64,000 bases of DNA from the NCBI GenBank assembly GCA_012862495.1, contig BLSG01000410.1, positions 197,558 through 261,557 on the forward strand, in the 5' to 3' direction. Origin of the DNA: Thraustochytrium aureum. Its lineage: Eukaryota. The notes under the pieces are model-generated. The model was not told the origin of the DNA. It saw only the letters and a list, made by a program, of their open reading frames with translations, and ran no database searches. Positions 57,893-64,000 of this stretch are shown here, in pieces. Numbering within the stretch: the first letter of the stretch is position 1; every line of letters starts with the position of its first letter. Both the position numbers and the translations under genes were made by a program.

Positions 57893-60800
57893 CCGCTCGC
57901 GCAGAGCTCGAGGAGCTCGAAGTGGAGCGGTCCGCAAAGTTCCCTTTCGTGGCGTGCGAGATCATTTGCTGCAACCTCACGCCGATCATCGAGCAGTTGG
58001 TCAATAGCCCGCACCTGCTGGGCAAGTTCTTTGCGATTCTCGACCAGCCAGAGCCGCTTGATGCCCGGGTCTCCGGCTACTATTTCAAGGTGCTCTCTGT
58101 GCTGCTGCGCAGGGCGCCCGAGAAGCTGCTCTGGTTCTCGCTCTACCGCAACGTTGACATTAGCCATGCAGGCGCTGCGGGCGGTTTTGAACAGGTCGGT
58201 TGGCTCATGCCGCTCCTTCTCAGGCACATCGACTCGTACTCGATCATGTGCTGCTTCAAGTCTCTTCTCCAGGTGGCCGCCGACGAGGGAGGCCTCAGCG
58301 ATGTCGAGGAGGAGGATGACGAAACCAATTCTTTCTCTGGATATGGAGCCGCCTCGAGGGCAGCCAACGAGCTCTCAGGAGACTTGGACGGCCGGCCGGC
58401 CCCGGGCGCGGAGGACGAAGAGCGCAACTCGCTCTTGCGCACAGTTCGCTCGGTCTGGCTCGGCGGGTCTGGCGCAGCACTTGCTGTGCTCAACGCGCTC
58501 GCCGCAAGCAACAACTCGGACTCGCACAACAACGCTGCAGAGCTCCTCGCCGACATGATCCAGCGCGCCGCAGTTACGCGCATGCGGCTCCAAGCAGCCT
58601 CCTTCGAGCTCTCGGCCGCAGGCGCAGATGCCGCTGTCGCGGGCCGTGATGGCGCCGGCGATTCAATTGCCGCGGACTCGGCGCCTGGAGCAACCGGCAC
58701 CCCCCCGATAGCCCCAGACGCTGCCGCGGACGACCTTCCGGTCTTCTCCGGCCTCGTCCTTCAAAGCCGGGGGCGCGGCGCGAACGCGGAAACGGCAATG
58801 ATCGAGTCCGGATGCGAGTGGACGTTGACGCTGTGCGAAGAGCTGCTCACCGTCGCTCTGTTTGAGTCGCAGCCCCAGCGAGCAGCCCACGCAGCGGGTC
58901 AAGAGATCGATGAGGACTCTTGCCGAATCGTCGAGCGCGGCTCGGCCGCGATCGCGAGCCTCCAGGTCCTGACTCACCTCGTCAGTGCGTTTGCGCTCGA
59001 GCGCTGGTCTGCCCCAGGCCCCGCTCTGGCCCATTCGCATGGCCTGGCCCACGTGACCAGCATGGAAAAGCACGGCGAGCTCCCGCCCGAGCTGAGGGCT
59101 ATCTTAGTGCGCCTCCCGGATTTGGTCGACTGCCTGGGGGGCGACATGCATGCAGACCTCTTTCGTCTGAGCCCGTCGCGCGCCTCGCGCTTCCTTGGGA
59201 TCCACCGGCTGAAAATCGTGGAGCTCACCTGCATGCTGGTCCACACAAAGTATCCAGAGGCGATCGAGACGATCGCCAACTGCGAGTCGAACCCGCTAGG
59301 CGTGTGCCTCGACCTGTTTTTTGCCTTCGAGTGGAACAACTGCTTGCACTCGGTGGTCGAGCGCACGCTGCAGTTCGCATTTCTCGGCGGCGTCTCGGAG
59401 GCGTCGATGGGATTCGACTCGGGCAGCGTCGGATCTGGCCGGGGCGGCGACATGGGCGGCGACGACGAAGAGGACGACGAGGGCTACGACGACCGCGACG
59501 ACGGCGCTGGCGGGGGCAGGCTGGGAGCGGGCCAGGGCGGCGCTGGAGTTGGTTACAAGTTTAGCAAGCGGGTGCGCCAGCGCCAAGAGGAGATTGTGCG
59601 CGAGCAACGCACCGCGAACGAGGCTCTTCTGCCGCTGCACGAGTGCCTCTTCGGCCGCTGCGACCTCGTGTCTCGCTTGCTGGCCGCCTACGAGGCCAAC
59701 GAGGCGTGCATGAAGGAGACTGAGCTATTTTGGCAGGCGCTCGACGGCAACGACTCGGCCTCGCCGCGCCGCGAGAACGCGCGGTCCTGCGGGCAAAAAG
59801 GGTACATGGGGTTCTGTCACCGCATCGTCAACACGATTGCGCTCTTGGCAGCGACTCAACGCAACGAGCGCTCTGATGGGGAGGTGGCAGGCAGCCAACC
59901 GCTTGAGGTACAAGAAGCGCCAGCGGCGGGGCCAAAGTCTCCCCAGCGGCTCGGCCCGCTTTGGCCGCGACCGAGGGCAACGATAGGTGGATCGACCTCT
60001 TGCAGGGGAGAGATTGCCGAGGTGAACGCCATGGAGCAGTGCGTCCTCGGCGGCGTTCGTCCTCGCGCCTTTTCTTCGCCTGCCTCGGAGGGTCTCGATA
60101 ACGAGATGGAGGACTTTGACTCGGACCTCCCGAGCAAGGCANNNNNNNNNNNNNNNNNNNNNNNNNNNNNNNNNNNNNNNNNNNNNNNNNNNNNNNNNNN
60201 NNNNNNNNNNNNNNNNNNNNNNNNNNNNNNNNNNNNNNNNNNNNNNNNNNNNNNNNNNNNNNNNNNNNNNNNNNNNNNNNNNNAAGGCAGACCGCGATCT
60301 CATGCTTCAGAATACCAAGGCCCAGTCATCGTTTGGCGACCGGGACGGCTTTGAGGACGAGGAAGACGCCGACGACGCGGACGACTTTCACAGCTCTGAC
60401 GTGCGCGGCGGCCTCACGGTGCGACTCGACGACGGCATCGCTTTCGAAGCTGATTTTGAGGAGTTCTCAGCAAGCGGGCCAACCGCGACCGCGACCGCGA
60501 CGACACCGGCAAGTATTGACTCCGGAGGCTTTGGCGGCGGCGGCGCGGATGCGGACGCCGGCGACGAGGACGAGTTTGACGCGCTAGCTGCCCAAAGCAC
60601 GGCCTCCTCGGACGACGGCGAGGCAGATGCGCTTGCGGGCGCACTTGGCGACAACCTGCACATCGGTGCACGGCCCCCAGCGAGTCCAGGACCCGCTAAA
60701 CCTAGCATCGGCGGCGACGAAGACGACTTTTTCGATCCTTTCATGGAGGCCGAGTCTACCGAGGCGGCTTTCGATCCCTTCCTCGAGGACCAGCCTGCCA

Positions 60801-60934
60801 AGGCGGCGGCGCCCGTGCCGCCCATCCCGCCGCCGCTTCCTCCGCTCGACCCCAGTGCGCAAGCCGCGACGAGCTCAAGTTCGGCCGCTGCTGAGGAGGA
60901 CGAAGGCTGGGCTGATTTCGACAACAGCGCGTGA
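57893..60934 (+). CDS. SAPS-domain protein (SIT4/PP6 phosphatase regulatory subunit); 5' end in the gap
   Basis: KFPFVACEI, SGYYFKV, LGIHRLKIVEL, LDLFFAFEWNNCLH, GYMG..RI.N; acidic tail with DPF and GWADF motifs. Confidence 0.92.
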
Positions 60935-61780
60935 GCGCATCTCGTTTTTTGGGGGGGGTGGGGGCGCATGACGTAGAGTACACGCCGCTTCACGGGATGT
61001 CGCTTCTCGGCGTGAACAAGGCTGGTTTTGTGCGCCAATCTGCAGCGCTGCGAACAGGGAGTTGTCTGCTCCTTCTGCATTCGTTCTTTGAGAAAGTTTT
61101 ATCAGTGTCGCGGACCGGTCGGCTCGGAGCATGCCCCCGCCATGCGACATCGTAGATCTGCCTGCGCCGCGCCCCGAGTCTGGGAGCGGTTTTATCGTAG
61201 CGTTGTAAAGCAAGCTACCACTCGATGTGGGTGTTTCACGCTCCTCCTCGACGGCCTCGATGAACGCCTTCTGGCCCTTGTGAAACTGCGCGAAACGGAG
61301 TCGATGTGAGCATCTCCATGCCCGCTGCACGCGAGTCGCTCATCTGTCGCCCCAAAGGAAGCGCAGATTGATCTCGGCCCGTGCAGAACGCATTCGAGAT
61401 CGCTCCACAGGATCGCCGTGATGCCCAGTAGGCGCTGCTTTTAGGAAGTTCGGCAGTGCGATTCCGTCCGACTTGCGGAGCTCGCGAGGAAGCACACAAC
61501 CGCGCGGAGCCGTCTTGTGCCGATCTGCGTTCGCTCCGATGAGCAGCATCGATTCCCAACTGCGAGGCTGGAGTCGAGTTGGCGCTTGGCAGTTCCGCGC
61601 TCAACGGTGCGAACCAACAACGCAGTTGTGCTGCCGTTCGAAAAACCAAACGAGGACGGCCTGGCGCATTGTGGCGAAGTGGATGGCTTTGATTTGACTC
61701 GAATTGATTGGATTGTGATTGCATCTATTTATGTGCTCCTTTGACTTGACCTGATTTGATTGGACTGTGATGTGCTGCTC

Positions 61781-63787
61781 CTAGCTGGCGTAGGCGGTGG
61801 GCGCGCAGCGCGCCGCCCACGATCCAGTCGCCTTGGAGACGCTCTGAGAGAACGGGACGTGCTTGGTGCAGTAGTGGGTCTTGGAACTGGCTGGCGAGGC
61901 CCCATCGGCCCGCTCAACCTTGACGTGGGACGCGAGCGGCCAACTCGTGGGCAGCGGCTGCTTTGTATCTTGCTTGTGGAGCTGCTCGCGGAGCGCGCGG
62001 CTCGCGACCGTGTCGCGGAAGACTGGGAGGCGCTCCAAGCTTGCTTTCTGGTTTTGGCATTTGAGCACCGGCTTGGCAAGCTCTGGCGCATCAAGCTTGG
62101 CCGCGACGCTGCGCGCGAGCAGTAGGCTCGCACGGGTCTGTCGAACTTGCGGCCTGCCATTTGTGGCACTAACCGCTTTCTGGCGCTTGAGGTATTCGCT
62201 GTGTTGCTTGACGCGCGGAGTAAAGGCTGGGCTGAGACGGTCGTCGACCTTGACCATGGGGTGGGCCGCAGGCTCTTGCGCGAGCTTGGCTGCCTGCTGT
62301 TGAGACTTGCCAAGGGCAGAACCAGCAGCCGCATTTGCGCCAATGGCCTGCGGGGGTGTGCAGCTGGCTCGGTGGAGGACCCTTTGCGACACGCTCGGTC
62401 AGCTCGCCTCGCGCGGCGCCATTGCGTTGGCTGCCAGCGCGGGCGCGCTTGTAGAGCTTGGGCTTGGGTCGGCTCACCTGCAAACTAGCTGTCTTGGCCT
62501 CGCTCGGCTTGCTCTGGCCTGGAACCGTTGTCGTGGCAGGCATGGGCTCCACAGCCTCTNNNNNNNNNNNNNNNNNNNNNNNNNNNNNNNNNNNNNNNNN
62601 NNNNNNNNNNNNNNNNNNNNNNNNNNNNNNNNNNNNNNNNNNNNNNNNNNNNNNNNNNNNNNNNNNNNNNNNNNNNNNNNNNNNNNNNNNNNNNNNNNNN
62701 NNNNNNNNNNNNNNNNNNNNNNNNNNNNNNNNNNNNNNNNNNNNNNNNNNNNNNNNNNNNNNNNNNNNNNNNNNNNNNNNNNNNNNNNNNNNNNNNNNNN
62801 NNNNNNNNNNNNNNNNNNNNNNNNNNNNNNNNNNNNNNNNNNNNNNNNNNNNNNNNNNNNGATGCGCGCCTGGCTCATTGGAGGCTCACTTGCGACACAC
62901 TCGATCAGCTCGCCTCGCGCAGTGCCATCGACTTGGGTGCTAGCGCGGGCGTGCGCGGTGGGCCTGGGCTTGGGTCGGCCCACCTGCGAGCTAGCCGCCT
63001 TGGTCTCGCTCGGCTTGCTCGGGTTTCCGACCGTTGTCGTGGCAGCCGCGGGCTTCACAGCCTGTGCATTCTTGCAGACCTTGGTTTCGGGCTCAAAGAC
63101 CACCGGGATGATTGTCGCTGGCTTCGCCTTCGGGAAGGCCACGGCCTCCGTCTCGTCTGTGGTGCAGACTTTGGTCTCGGTTTCGAAAATCTCCGTTTCG
63201 ACCGTTGTCCCCACCGCAACCGGAGCCGCCGAGTCGTCAGGCACGGCGCCAGCCGTCTGGAAGCCAATCTTGGCCGCGAGGCCATCCGCCGAGGCCGACG
63301 TCTTGACCTCGGAAACCTCGGTGGGGGTAGACGAGGCGCTGGGGTCGGCGTTGACCGTGACCGGCGCCTGCTTGTTCTTTGTGAAGGCCCCTTGAGGACA
63401 AGAAGCCTTGTCGATGGACTCTACGTACTTGGCCACATACGCCGCGTCACGCTGCAAAGCCGCCGCCTCCAGGACTTCTCGTTTGAGCTTTGAAAGAGAT
63501 GACTCGCTCCTAGACGCGTCCTCCATGTGCTGGAACATCGCCTCGGTCAACATCGCAATCTTGTCCTTCTGGTTGCCGATGATGCCATTGAGACGTGCGT
63601 TGTCGATCATGGCGGTCCGTAGCTGTTTGTACATGTCGTCCTCCATCGCCTTCTTGGCTCGCTTTATCGCCAACTCACACTGCGTTTCGGTCCACGCCGT
63701 GAGCAGCGCTCCTTGCTCGCTCGGGAGCCCCTTGACGTTGATCGGCGCCGTGCTCCAATCGATGATGATGTAGTCATAGACGACCAT
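61781..63787 (-). CDS. Hypothetical protein: N-terminal coiled coil, low-complexity middle with long internal repeats; spans a gap
   Basis: ATG 63787 (MVVYDYIIIDW); duplicated segments KPSE(T/A)K(A/T)AS.QV.RPKP and G.ARGEL.E.VA on both sides of the gap; 3' end requires a frameshift. Confidence 0.6.
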
Positions 63788-63827
63788 CTTGTCGCGCGTC
63801 GCCCTATTTGCTGCTAATGCGCCTTGC

Positions 63828-63892
63828 CCGTGTTGCTTTGCGTCGCTTTGTTTTGCTGTTGCTTTGTTTTGCGTTGCTTTGCGTTGCTTGCT
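63828..63892. repeat. Degenerate (TTGCT/TTTGT)n simple repeat upstream of the 63787 ATG
   Basis: Read directly. Confidence 0.7.
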
Positions 63893-64000
63893 CTGAATGG
63901 ATGATTGGGGTCTGCCGGTTGAGCTCTTGCGGCTGTCAGCATGGCCGATTCCTGATTGGGAGGCATGACAAGATCTCAAGGAATTCGAAGGCAGTGCTGT

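Overview
GC-rich, gene-dense, intron-poor eukaryotic nuclear scaffold with many N gaps. Gene content (SmD3, RIC1, SAC1, NAA50, SAPS, a BBS12-like chaperonin fragment, mitochondrial IleRS and biotin synthase) and two GT-AG introns show a protist. A stramenopile such as a thraustochytrid is plausible but is inference only. About 24 protein-coding genes are recognisable. Many carry 1-bp frameshifts, often in short homopolymers, most likely assembly errors. No rRNA, tRNA, CRISPR array or clear transposon was seen. Most notable: (1) a YdjC-type carbohydrate deacetylase fused to a GLT1D1/SenB-like glycosyltransferase, head-to-head with a PLP trans-sulfuration lyase; (2) a roughly 2,950-aa surface receptor or channel with a split LamG domain enclosing a fibronectin type II-like module, EGF and Cys-rich repeats, a multipass TM region, two EF-hands and an IQ motif; (3) bacterial-type genes (DUF1214-like, D-serine dehydratase/D-threonine aldolase-like); (4) (GCAG)n/(GCCA)n microsatellites that repeatedly sit just upstream of start codons.
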